Of a DNA stretch of 58,122 bases, positions 1 to 9,941 are shown in pieces (within the stretch, counting starts at the first letter, position 1; each line of letters opens with the position of its first letter). The position numbers were made by a program, and so were the translations under genes. This DNA is from Pseudomonadota bacterium (GTDB lineage Bacteria > Pseudomonadota > Gammaproteobacteria > Xanthomonadales > SZUA-38), in assembly GCA_039188505.1 (NCBI GenBank), contig JBCCZC010000001.1:1-58122 (forward strand), read 5' to 3'. Under the pieces are notes generated by a model. That model did not search any database. It worked only from the letters and a program-made list of their open reading frames with translations, and had not been told where the DNA came from.

Positions 1-2
1 CG

Positions 3-257
3 TTGACGCATATTCGGCTCACCGTCACGCCAGTTGTCCTTCTCTCCTGCGGAATGGGTGGGTTTACGCGCGGTCTGCTAGCGTGTAATGAGCGCTACAG
101 CACGGCTTTCCGCGTAGCTGTTGCCATCGATAACGACCCCGACGCTCTTTTGGTGCATCGACTGAACGCTTGGCTATTGCCGGCGCCACGGGCACTTCTT
201 CATCTCGCGGCGCCACGGCGACCCGACCCTCCGGGCGCTGGGTCGCTGGGCTGGTGA
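3..257 (+). pseudogene. remnant of the N-terminus of a DNA (cytosine-5)-methyltransferase
   Basis: The translation VVLLSCGMGGFTRGL...FRVAVAIDNDPDALLVHRLN resembles C5-MTase motif I (F-x-G-x-G-G AdoMet loop) and motif II. Similarity ends near nt 165. The ORF is only 84 aa, versus more than 300 aa for the family, and no catalytic PC motif is present. Confidence 0.4.
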
Positions 258-264
258 CCAACGC

Positions 265-1050
265 GTGGCGTGCAACCGCGGCGACCTAGAGCGAAGCCGA
301 ATCGAACGCCTCGAGGCGATCGGCTTTCCCTTCGACTATCACGCAGAGCGGTGGGAGGCGCAGTTCGCGCGGCTGAAGCGGTTCAAGGAACGCTACGGGG
401 ACTGCCACGTCCCTTTTCATGACTCACGTTGGGGCAATCTGTCGCGATGGGTTCAGGTGCAGCGGCGCAAGTACCGCGACGGCACCCTCGAAACGATCCG
501 AGTCGGCCGACTCGAACGCATGGGGTTCGCATGGCGGCTGAAGCCCGGACGCATGACGCCCGCGCGAGTCGTGCGCGAGCGCCCGAGTGTTTTTCTGTTG
601 AAGCTCGAGGCATTCCGGGACGAGTACGGCCACATCCAGGTCCCGACGCCCTGGCCAAGCGACGAGCAACTGCCCCTGCTCCTGGATCTCGCGCGACGGT
701 ACGCGCGCCGTGGCGAGCTGGCGCCGGAGGCGGTGCGTCTGCTGCTCGACTTGGGGGAAACCTTTGGTGAGAACGGTGATAACGCGCTGGCGAGCCAGCT
801 CGCATTCATCGGTGGGTTCGGCGGATTTCTGGAGACCCTGAAACGGTTTCACGCTACCTACGGGCACGCGACCCTGCATCCTCGTCTTGGACAGCCCTTC
901 ACTCACCTCGGCATCGCCGGGGGTATCCTCGACCGCGAGTTGCGTGAGCGACCGGGTTCACTGGACTCCGAGCACCAGCGCCGCCTGCGGGCGCTTGGCT
1001 TCATATTCGAAGCGGACGAGGACGCCGACGGGGTTCCCGCCTTTCCCTGA
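265..1050 (+). CDS. helicase-associated (HA) domain repeat protein, probably 5'-truncated
   Basis: The HA pattern (W..F..L..F....GH..VP....LG.W...QR.....L...R...L..GF.W) is repeated, e.g. ERWEAQFARLKRFKERYGDCHVP..LSRWVQVQRRKYRDGTL..RVGRLERMGFAW. The same frame stays open and HA-like (RRHGHFFISRRHGDPTLRALGRWAGDQR) back to nt 166 with no ATG/GTG/TTG. GTG 265 is the first possible start. Confidence 0.6.
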   Translation: MACNRGDLERSRIERLEAIGFPFDYHAERWEAQFARLKRFKERYGDCHVPFHDSRWGNLSRWVQVQRRKYRDGTLETIRVGRLERMGFAWRLKPGRMTPARVVRERPSVFLLKLEAFRDEYGHIQVPTPWPSDEQLPLLLDLARRYARRGELAPEAVRLLLDLGETFGENGDNALASQLAFIGGFGGFLETLKRFHATYGHATLHPRLGQPFTHLGIAGGILDRELRERPGSLDSEHQRRLRALGFIFEADEDADGVPAFP

Positions 1051-1101
1051 TCGTCCTCCATCCCGCCGTCGGCCTTCCCTGGCCGCGGCAAGCGCGAACT
1101 C

Positions 1102-1761
1102 TCAGAGATCCACCTGCTCGACGAAGCGCTCCAGGCGATCGAATTCGAAGACGAGTTCGCTAACGTCGTCGGCGAAGGTCAATTTCATGACCCCGGAGAT
1201 GCCGTCGTCTACGACCAGCTCGACGCGTCCCTTCACGAACTCGACGATGCGCTCCGCGCCGAGGTCACCGTCGCTGCCAGAGCTCGGCTGCTCCACCTTG
1301 CCGCCGTTGCCGCCGTTGTTCGTCCCGGACTGCTGGACTTTGCCGCCACCGTTGTTCGTCCCGGACTGCTGAACCTTGCCGAACTGGTCCACGGACACCA
1401 GCGCGATTGGCAGGCTAGCGTAGCCGTCGCGAACCGACCCCCGGGCCAGCGCCACCACACCGTCACTGCGCACCCAGGTGACCGTCACCTCCTTGGGCGT
1501 CAGCAGGAGCGAGAGACCGTTCTGGTGGTGGTACGACACGTTCTCCGCGGTCGCCGGACTCATCCAGCCGACGAAGGCCAGCACCGCAACGGCGAAGAGC
1601 CGCCCGATGGCCGCTGCCCGCCCGCGAACGGGGCCGGTGCCGTGCTGGTTGATCGAGTGCGGATCGCCTGTTCCCGAGTGCTCGATACCGGTGCGAACCG
1701 GGCCCGTGCCGTGCGAATCGATCGACTGAACAGTACCGAAGTTTGATTTACGGTTTTCCAT
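1102..1761 (-). CDS. hypothetical membrane-anchored repeat protein
   Basis: A 219-aa ORF with an SD-like GAGGAGAG a few nt upstream of ATG 1761. It has N-terminal HGTGPVR-type repeats, one predicted TM helix (IGRLFAVAVLAFVGWM) and a tandem GKVQQSGTNNGG repeat. No family recognised. Confidence 0.6.
   Translation of the reverse strand: MENRKSNFGTVQSIDSHGTGPVRTGIEHSGTGDPHSINQHGTGPVRGRAAAIGRLFAVAVLAFVGWMSPATAENVSYHHQNGLSLLLTPKEVTVTWVRSDGVVALARGSVRDGYASLPIALVSVDQFGKVQQSGTNNGGGKVQQSGTNNGGNGGKVEQPSSGSDGDLGAERIVEFVKGRVELVVDDGISGVMKLTFADDVSELVFEFDRLERFVEQVDL
1309..1380. repeat. tandem 36-bp direct repeat (2 copies) inside CDS 1102..1761
   Basis: gccgccgttgttcgtcccggactgctggactttgcc is followed directly by gccaccgttgttcgtcccggactgctgaaccttgcc (3 mismatches). 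The repeat is in frame and encodes GKVQQSGTNNGG twice. Confidence 0.85.
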
Positions 1762-1790
1762 TTTGCTTCTCTCCTCTATCAGGACTTAGT

Positions 1791-1820
1791 TAAAAACGGG
1801 TCCGATCAGTTATCGGACCC
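1791..1820 (-). terminator. Rho-independent terminator after CDS 1806..2744
   Basis: The minus strand reads GGGTCCGAT-AACTG-ATCGGACCC (9-bp perfect stem, 5-nt loop) followed by G+TTTTTA. The stop codon of the upstream gene lies at the stem 1/loop junction. Confidence 0.65.
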
Positions 1821-2744
1821 AAATTCGCGATAATCGCGATCCTCGAAGTAATAAAGACCCACGCCTGCATGCACACTCCCTGCCGTCTGCGGCCCCAACG
1901 CGAGTTCATCCTCGAGTCGGGTCAGCTCTTCGGCAGTGAGGTCCACGAGCTTCTTGCTCACGCCCCGGGTTTCTTCCCGGAATCGGGCGATGTCCTCGTC
2001 GCTGTTGAGGCGTGCGGTCCACACCTCAAACTGCAACCGTTTCTTCTCGCCCAGCTCCTCCGCATGGCAGAGATTGAACTCAGCCGTCTGCATCAGGTGC
2101 CGCATGCACCTCGCCACGACCTGGAGGCTCCTGGCCCGGTCTTTCGTGTTGGGCTGGAACTGTGGGTTCAGCATTCGAGCACAGAGAACCCCCTCGTCAT
2201 CATTGAAGGTCTCGACGTTGCCCGCGGAAACCAGGGAGTCGAGCAGGCGCTCGTAGCTCGCGTTCGACAGGGCAATCGACACGAGCCGCTGGAAGGTCGC
2301 CCGCACAGCGCCGCGAACATCGAGCACCTTCGGCTCGCCGTCGTCGTCGACAAAGGCCGGATGGCTCGCCCAGATTTCAAGCAGCTTGCCTTCCGGGGAG
2401 AGCTGGGACTGTTCGAACTCCCGCTCCTTGTTCTCTTCCAAACGGTCCTGCACCTTGCCCATCACCTGACGGATGTGGTGCACCGACAGGCCGGACTTTG
2501 CGGCGATGTGGGCGAAGGGAATCGACCGGACGGGATCGCCGTCCTCGGCTTCACCACGGGGCGTTCCGGATTCGACCGCAAGCTCGACGAGCGCTTCCTT
2601 GATGGCTGCATCGATCGCGGGATAGGTGATTCGGTAGCTCAGAAGCAGTTTGAGGATCGGCTTCATGAACTCGAAGAGGGCGGCGCTCAGTTCCGAGAGT
2701 TCCGCCTGCTCCTGCTCTTGGCGTTCAATATTCTTGTCGTTCAT
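1806..2744 (-). CDS. hypothetical protein with putative N-terminal HTH (DUF6502-like, from memory)
   Basis: A 312-aa ORF whose ATG 2744 overlaps the stop of the upstream EAL gene by 20 nt. The N-terminal segment LLSYRITYPAIDAAIKEALVELAV...IAAKSGLSVHHIRQVMGK looks like an HTH. The family assignment is recollection only. Confidence 0.6.
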   Translation of the reverse strand: MNDKNIERQEQEQAELSELSAALFEFMKPILKLLLSYRITYPAIDAAIKEALVELAVESGTPRGEAEDGDPVRSIPFAHIAAKSGLSVHHIRQVMGKVQDRLEENKEREFEQSQLSPEGKLLEIWASHPAFVDDDGEPKVLDVRGAVRATFQRLVSIALSNASYERLLDSLVSAGNVETFNDDEGVLCARMLNPQFQPNTKDRARSLQVVARCMRHLMQTAEFNLCHAEELGEKKRLQFEVWTARLNSDEDIARFREETRGVSKKLVDLTAEELTRLEDELALGPQTAGSVHAGVGLYYFEDRDYREFGSDN

Positions 2745-3462
2745 GCTCGTCCACTACATATTCCGGTGTCGCTAGATAATACCCCTGCCAGTGGCTGGCG
2801 CCAGAGCGACGGGCTTCAAGATAGCCGGCGTAGGTCTCTACACCCTCGATGACAGCCATTGCGCCATAGCCGTGGATCGCATCCACGAGTTCGGCCAGGG
2901 CTTCTGGCCGACGCTGCACGACCGACTGGTCCACCTTTACCACATCAGGATCGCCAAGACTGCCAACCCAGTCACGAAGCCGACTGGTCGACGCCACATC
3001 GTCGAAGGCGATCAGCTGACCGGCGTCACGCAGCAGTTCGAGCGTGCGACGGCCCTCGACCGGGTCCGCCAGGGGCCAGGATTCGGTGATCTCCCACCAG
3101 GCTTGCGGCGCCCGCCCACAGTGCCGCGAGATCAGTTCCCGCAGCCGATGACGGCATGCCGCGACGCTGATGGCCCCTGGCGACAGGTTCAGGGAAACCG
3201 GGCAGCGCTTCTCTGCCGACCAGCGTAGCCCGTGCTCGACGATCCGAGCCTCGAGGGCCCAGGAGTCTTCGTCATCACCCAGCTCGTCGAAGACCTGCTG
3301 GGTGGTCATACCCCGGACCTGGGGCCGGAAAAACCATTCGAAACGGCAAAGGTTGGGCGCGCCGAAGGGCTCGATGGGCTGAATCGCGAAACGTAACCGA
3401 TCGTGCATGAGCGTCTCGAGGAGGCTCGGCTGCAGAGCGGGCTGGCGGTTGGTCAGGAACAT
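2725..3462 (-). CDS. stand-alone EAL domain protein (putative c-di-GMP phosphodiesterase)
   Basis: The EAL-domain signature series is present: QPI, E-W-F-F-R (EAL-x-R position), NLS, EITE, FDDV (DDFG position), KVD, EGVET, QGYY. Confidence 0.85.
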   Translation of the reverse strand: MFLTNRQPALQPSLLETLMHDRLRFAIQPIEPFGAPNLCRFEWFFRPQVRGMTTQQVFDELGDDEDSWALEARIVEHGLRWSAEKRCPVSLNLSPGAISVAACRHRLRELISRHCGRAPQAWWEITESWPLADPVEGRRTLELLRDAGQLIAFDDVASTSRLRDWVGSLGDPDVVKVDQSVVQRRPEALAELVDAIHGYGAMAVIEGVETYAGYLEARRSGASHWQGYYLATPEYVVDEHERQEY

Positions 3463-3545
3463 ACGCCGTCAGTTTAGCGTTTCGTCGTGAAAAGTTAATG
3501 ACGAAGCTAATCCTTTATGAACCTGCCGTCAAGGCAGCGCTGTCA

Positions 3546-3573
3546 AGGTGCCGGCACGTCCCTGCCGGCACCT
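3546..3573 (-). terminator. GC-rich hairpin downstream of the SDR gene (terminator-like, no U-tract)
   Basis: AGGTGCCGGCA-cgtccc-TGCCGGCACCT, an 11-bp perfect stem. A second small hairpin, CTGCC-gtcaa-GGCAG, lies at about 3523-3537. There is no T-run, so function is uncertain. Confidence 0.35.
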
Positions 3574-3586
3574 GCGTGAACGGGTG

Positions 3587-4378
3587 TCAGCGGCGACTCG
3601 GTGTCAGGCAGTCGGCGCTGGCGTCGCCGAGATCCGTTCCGCCATCGCAGGGGATGATGCACCCGGTGATGTACTCGGCGTCGGCGGAACTCAGGAAGGC
3701 GGCGAGGTTGCCGACCTCGTCCGCCCGACCGAAGCGCCGGAGCGGGAGCTTGCGGCGGAACCCCTCGGCAATCTCCGGGGTCGGTGCGAGCCGCTCCATG
3801 CCCTCGGTCTTCTCGATCGGCCCCGGCGAGATCGCGTTCACCCGCACGCCGGCAGGCCCCCACTCGAAGGCGAGGCTGCGGACGAGCATGTTGACACCGG
3901 CCTTGGCCGCGCAGACGTGGACCTGGTGCGGCCACACCTGCGTCGCCTGCGGCGCGGTAATCGCGATCAACGACGCGCCCGGCTTGCGCAGGTGCTCGAA
4001 GCTCGACCAGAAAACGTTGTAGGAGCCGAGCAGATCGATGTCGACGACCGTCTTGAAGCCCTTCGGGGAAATGCTCACGGCCGGCGCCGGAAAATTGCCC
4101 GCCGCGCCAGCGATCACGCCGTCGAGCGGCCCGAGGGTCTCCGCGGCCTCGGCCACGACGCCGGCGACCGCATCGGGATCGCGCACGTCCGCGGCGAGGC
4201 CCATGGTCACCGACGCGCCCGGCACCTCGGCGATCTCCTCAGCGGCCACGCGCGCCTTCTCGGGATCCCGCCCGAATACGGCCACGTGGGCGCCGTGCGA
4301 CGCGAGCACCCGGGCGATACCGAGGTTGATGCCGCTCGTGCCGCCGGAGATCAGGAAGTTGCGTTCTTTCAGGTCCAT
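3587..4378 (-). CDS. SDR family oxidoreductase, 2,4-dienoyl-CoA reductase-like
   Basis: Rossmann motif ISGGTSGINLG. The active-site region is CAAKAG (no Tyr, as in the DECR subgroup). 263 aa. Confidence 0.85.
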   Translation of the reverse strand: MDLKERNFLISGGTSGINLGIARVLASHGAHVAVFGRDPEKARVAAEEIAEVPGASVTMGLAADVRDPDAVAGVVAEAAETLGPLDGVIAGAAGNFPAPAVSISPKGFKTVVDIDLLGSYNVFWSSFEHLRKPGASLIAITAPQATQVWPHQVHVCAAKAGVNMLVRSLAFEWGPAGVRVNAISPGPIEKTEGMERLAPTPEIAEGFRRKLPLRRFGRADEVGNLAAFLSSADAEYITGCIIPCDGGTDLGDASADCLTPSRR

Positions 4379-4394
4379 GTCGAGTTCCTTGTCA

Positions 4395-5195
4395 TCATTG
4401 CTGGATTGGGTGGCGCGTGCCGGGAGCCGGCGGATCCTCGGGGGGGCCGGCGAAGCACTGAGCGTACGTCATCCAGCGCCCGGCCGTGTCGCCGGTCATC
4501 ACCAGACCCGTATCGGCGATATTGCGCGTCTGCGTGACCACCCGGCAGAAGTCGACTGCCGAACCCTCGATCAGCTCGTCCTCGTTCTCCGCGTGCCACG
4601 CCCAGACCTGTCCGGAGGGAGACGTCAGGCTCAACCTGGGCACGCAATCCGGTACCGGCAGCCCCCGGTTGGCAAAGGTCCAGCCGAAGGTGTTGACGCC
4701 GAGCTGCACGATGTTGCGGATACGATCGTCCTCTGGCCGCTCCAGGCCCAGGGCGTCGTAGACTTCCTGGCCATGCGCCCAGGTCTCCATATGGCGCGCC
4801 GTGATGCTCGAACGCGCGCTCATGGACGGGCCCGCCCAGCGGATGCGCTGCTTCGGGTCGGCAGCGGCGTAGGCGTCCGCGGTCTGCTCGAACCCGGTCT
4901 CCCAGGCCGCGACCAGGGCCCGACCGGCAAGGCCCTCGAGCACCTCGGCCTCGAAGGTCCGCAGCCCACCGGTCGCCATCAGCGCCTGCGCGCGGCCCAG
5001 GAGCCCGAGAAACCCCTGCTCGTCCGTCAGCGCCAGCAGCGCCGCCTGATTCCAGACGTGGAGATGGCCCACGACATCGTCGAAGGTCCATGCCTTGAAC
5101 TGCGTGACCCTAGCGAGGCCGTCGTCGTCGAGGGGTGCGACGAGCGCGTGCAGGGCCCGGGACTCGGCCCGGAAGTCTTCGGCCTGATCGATCAT
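4395..5195 (-). CDS. DinB/maleylpyruvate-isomerase-like metal-binding protein (TIGR03084-like)
   Basis: The N-terminal pattern ...AESRALHALVAPL..DGLARVT.FK.WT..DVVGHL is typical of the DinB-fold mycothiol-maleylpyruvate-isomerase N-terminal domain. Its start overlaps the upstream stop (ATGA at 5192-5195). Confidence 0.65.
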   Translation of the reverse strand: MIDQAEDFRAESRALHALVAPLDDDGLARVTQFKAWTFDDVVGHLHVWNQAALLALTDEQGFLGLLGRAQALMATGGLRTFEAEVLEGLAGRALVAAWETGFEQTADAYAAADPKQRIRWAGPSMSARSSITARHMETWAHGQEVYDALGLERPEDDRIRNIVQLGVNTFGWTFANRGLPVPDCVPRLSLTSPSGQVWAWHAENEDELIEGSAVDFCRVVTQTRNIADTGLVMTGDTAGRWMTYAQCFAGPPEDPPAPGTRHPIQQ

Positions 5196-6334
5196 GCGTT
5201 GTCTCCCATGAATTGCGCGAGGCGCTCGTAGGCCTCGAGAAAGTCCTCCTGGAAGGACTGCATGACGGCGCGAACCGATGTCTCCTCGTTCATGAGGCCG
5301 ACACCCTGGCCGACCCAGTAGGTCGCCAGCTCACGGGCGCCCGCATGATCGCTTTGCGAGAGCTTGTCGACGTGGTGCAGGATCGGCTCGGCCACCAGCG
5401 ATTGCAGCGGCATGGGCAGTGGCGACGGGCCGGCCGTCTCCCAGGCCTCGGTCCAGGGCGAGCGCAGCTGGCGCGACGGCTTGCCGGTCCGGCTGCGGGA
5501 CCGGATCGTATCCCGCGACCCCGCCGCGACGAGTTTCTCGCGGATGATTGGCGTCGTCTCGGCCTCGGTGGTCGTCAGCCAGACCGACCCCGTCCATGCG
5601 CCGGCCGCGCCCATCGCCATGGCCGCGGCCATCTGCCGACCCGTCACGATCCCGCCGGCCGCGAGGACCGGCACGTCGCTGACGGCGGCGACCGCGGACA
5701 CGACCTCCGGGACCAGGACCATGGTCGCGACGTCGCTGCAGTGCCCCCCGGCCTCACCGCCGGCGGCGATGATCAGATCGACGCCCGCCTCGACCTGACG
5801 CAGGGCGTGCTCCTTGGCGCCGACGAGCGCAGCCACCGGGATTCCGGCCGCCTTGCCGCGTTCGAGCAGCTGCGGCGGCGGCACGCCCAGGGCGTTGGCG
5901 ATCATCGCGATCGGATGCGCGAGGGCGACGTCGAGGAGCTGGTCCGCGCCGTCGGCCTGCAGATTCAGGGCGAACTGGATGAAGTGGTCGCGGTCCGCGC
6001 CGGCGGCGGCCGGGTCGATGCCGTGCCGCGCCAGAACCTCGGCGGCGAAGGCCTGGTGTTCAGCCGGGACCGCGGCGCGGAGCGCGTCGGGCGATGGCAG
6101 CTGTCCTTTCCCGGCCATCTTCTCCGGCACGATGACGTCGAGGCCATAGGGCTTGCCGTCGACGTGCGCATCGATCCAGGAAAGCTCCTCCTCGAGCTCT
6201 TCCGGGGTCAGGGTGACGGCGCCGAGCACGCCCATACCGCCGGCGCGGGAGACCGCCGCGACGACGTCGCGGCAGTGGCTGAACGCAAACAGGGGAAACT
6301 CGATGCCGAATCGCTCGCACAGGGCTGATCGCAT
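5192..6334 (-). CDS. nitronate monooxygenase (2-nitropropane dioxygenase) family FMN oxidoreductase
   Basis: Motifs FGIEFPLFAFSH...GGMGVLG and AAGGEAGGH...LAAGGI are characteristic of the NMO/enoyl-reductase TIM-barrel family. Confidence 0.85.
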   Translation of the reverse strand: MRSALCERFGIEFPLFAFSHCRDVVAAVSRAGGMGVLGAVTLTPEELEEELSWIDAHVDGKPYGLDVIVPEKMAGKGQLPSPDALRAAVPAEHQAFAAEVLARHGIDPAAAGADRDHFIQFALNLQADGADQLLDVALAHPIAMIANALGVPPPQLLERGKAAGIPVAALVGAKEHALRQVEAGVDLIIAAGGEAGGHCSDVATMVLVPEVVSAVAAVSDVPVLAAGGIVTGRQMAAAMAMGAAGAWTGSVWLTTTEAETTPIIREKLVAAGSRDTIRSRSRTGKPSRQLRSPWTEAWETAGPSPLPMPLQSLVAEPILHHVDKLSQSDHAGARELATYWVGQGVGLMNEETSVRAVMQSFQEDFLEAYERLAQFMGDNA

Positions 6335-6345
6335 GGCGGATATCC

Positions 6346-6714
6346 TCAGCTTTCTTCGGGTTCGATCTCGAACAAGAGGGTGTCTGCGGCCACCTGGTCG
6401 CCGGGCGCCGCACCGATGGCGGTAACGCGTCCGTCGACCGGGGCGCGCAGCTCGTGCTGCATCTTCATGGCTTCCAGCGTACAGAGCCGGTCCCCGGTCG
6501 CTACGGTGTCGCCCAGGTTCACGTCGATCGCCTGGAGCACACCGTGCATGGGGGCCGGTACGCGGCCGTCACTGCCCGCGGCATCCGTCGCAGCCGGCCG
6601 GCCGAGCGTGTTGTCGAGAATCAGGCTGCGGCCGTCGACCGACAGATGGAGGCGGCCGGCCACGCGCGCGAACCGTACGGTGCAACGTCGCCCGTCCACG
6701 GCCGCCTGCGCCAC
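6346..6714 (-). CDS. biotinyl (BCCP) domain, C-terminal part of the acyl-CoA carboxylase alpha subunit, cut off by an in-frame TGA
   Basis: Biotin attachment motif EAMKMQHEL. It is in the same frame as ORF 6745..8322, and the 10 codons between are open. GTG 6714 has no SD. Confidence 0.8.
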   Translation of the reverse strand: MAQAAVDGRRCTVRFARVAGRLHLSVDGRSLILDNTLGRPAATDAAGSDGRVPAPMHGVLQAIDVNLGDTVATGDRLCTLEAMKMQHELRAPVDGRVTAIGAAPGDQVAADTLLFEIEPEES

Positions 6715-6744
6715 GCCTGTCCCGTGGCCCGCGAGGGTGACATG

Positions 6745-8321
<1,577 letters not shown>

Positions 8322-8322
<1 letters not shown>

Positions 8323-9941
8323 CAGAGTCTCGCCACGCCGAAGCTGTTGGGATTCACCGACCGCGCGCGGGCCTCGCCGCAGGTCTCGAGCACGAAGCCG
8401 AGCACGCGCCGGGTATCCCGCGGATCGATCATGCCGTGGTCGAGGCAACGCCCGGAGGTGTAGAAGGCGTCCGACTGGCGGTCGAAATGGGCCGTGATGG
8501 CCTCGCGTTGCGCGGCGAGCTGACCCTCATCGGGGCTGAGACCGCGCCGCTTCGCCGCACCGCGCGCAACCATGTCCATGGTCAGCGCCGCCTGCTCGCC
8601 GCCCATGACGCCGGTCATCGCGTTGGGCCAGGTGAAGAGAAAGTCCGGCCGGTAGGCGAATCCGCACATGCCGTAGTTACCCGCCCCGAAGCTGGCGCCG
8701 ATATAGAAACTGATCTTCGGCACGCGGACGTTGGTGACGGCCTGAATCATCTTCGCGCCGTGCTTGATCATCCCGCCCTGCTCGTAGGCGGTTCCGACCA
8801 TGTAACCGGTGGTGTTGTTGAGGAAGACCAGCGGCGTACCGGCCTGGTCGCAGAGCTGCATGAACTGGGCCGCCTTGGTTGCGCCATTAGGGTCGATCGG
8901 GCCGTTGTTGCCGATGATGCCGCAGGCCTGCCCCATGACGCTGGCCTGGGCGCAGATCGTCTGCGGCCCGTAGCCGGCCTTGAACTCGGTGAAGGACGAC
9001 CCGTCCACGATGCGCAGCAGAATTTCGCGTATGTCGTAGGGCCGGCGATAGTCGACCGGGACGACGCCCGCCAGCTCTTCGGGATCGTGCCCGGGCGGCT
9101 CGAAGGGGGCCCGCCGGGGCGCGGGGCAATGACGGTTCCAGTCGAGCCGGGCAATGACGTCGCGGGCGATCGCCAGCCCGTGCGCATCGTCCTCGGCGAG
9201 GTACTCCACGAGGCCCGATGTGCTCGCGTGCATCTCCGAGCCGCCAAGCTCGGCGTCGCTGGCAACCTCACCGGTCGCCGCACGGACAAGAGCCGCGCCG
9301 GCCAGCGCCGCCATCCCGTTGCGTTTGACGCCGATGACATAGTCGCTCATGCCCGGCTGGTACGCCCCGCCGGCCGTCGAGGGGCCGTGGAGGACGACCA
9401 GGGTCGGGATGCCGGCGGCACTCAGCTTCGCAAGTCCATGGAACATGCCACCGCCGTTGGCCCACATCTCCACGGCGTAGTTCATGAGATTCGCGCCGGC
9501 GCTCTCGACGAGGTGGATCAGCGGCAGCTTCTGGCGCAGGGCGATGTCGAGGACACCGAGGGCCTTCGAGACCGACTGTGTGGTCGCCGCGCCCGCGCTG
9601 ATACCGCTGTCGTCCACGAAGATCAGACAGCGCACGCCGCTGACGAAACCGATGCCCGTGATCATGTTGCCGCCGGGCACGCTCGTGTCGGGGTCGGGAT
9701 CGTCGACGAGAAAGTTGCACAGGTTGTAGAGCTCGAGGAAGGGCATGCCCGGGTCGAGGAGCTGCGCGAGACGCTCCCGGGGCAGCAGCTGGCCGCGCTG
9801 CTCGAAACGGTCACGGCGGCGTTCCGAAAGCGCCGCTGCGCGCCCCTCGAGGGCGCGGAGACGGTCAACGAGGCCAAGCATCTCGCTACGGTTGGCAGTG
9901 AACTCGGGACCCGCCGCTGGTACGCGGCTCACAGTCGACAT
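8322..9941 (-). CDS. acyl-CoA carboxylase beta subunit (carboxyltransferase), AtuC/LiuB-like
   Basis: A 539-aa carboxyltransferase with typical segments GGNMITGIGFVSG, VDDSGISAG and NNGPIDPNGATKAAQF. ATGA overlap with the upstream gene at 9941. Confidence 0.9.

Noticed and set aside
1300-1720. Short direct repeats that might be a CRISPR-like or satellite array.
   Set aside because: There are only two to three copies. They are contiguous without spacers, in frame, and encode peptide repeats within CDS 1102..1761.
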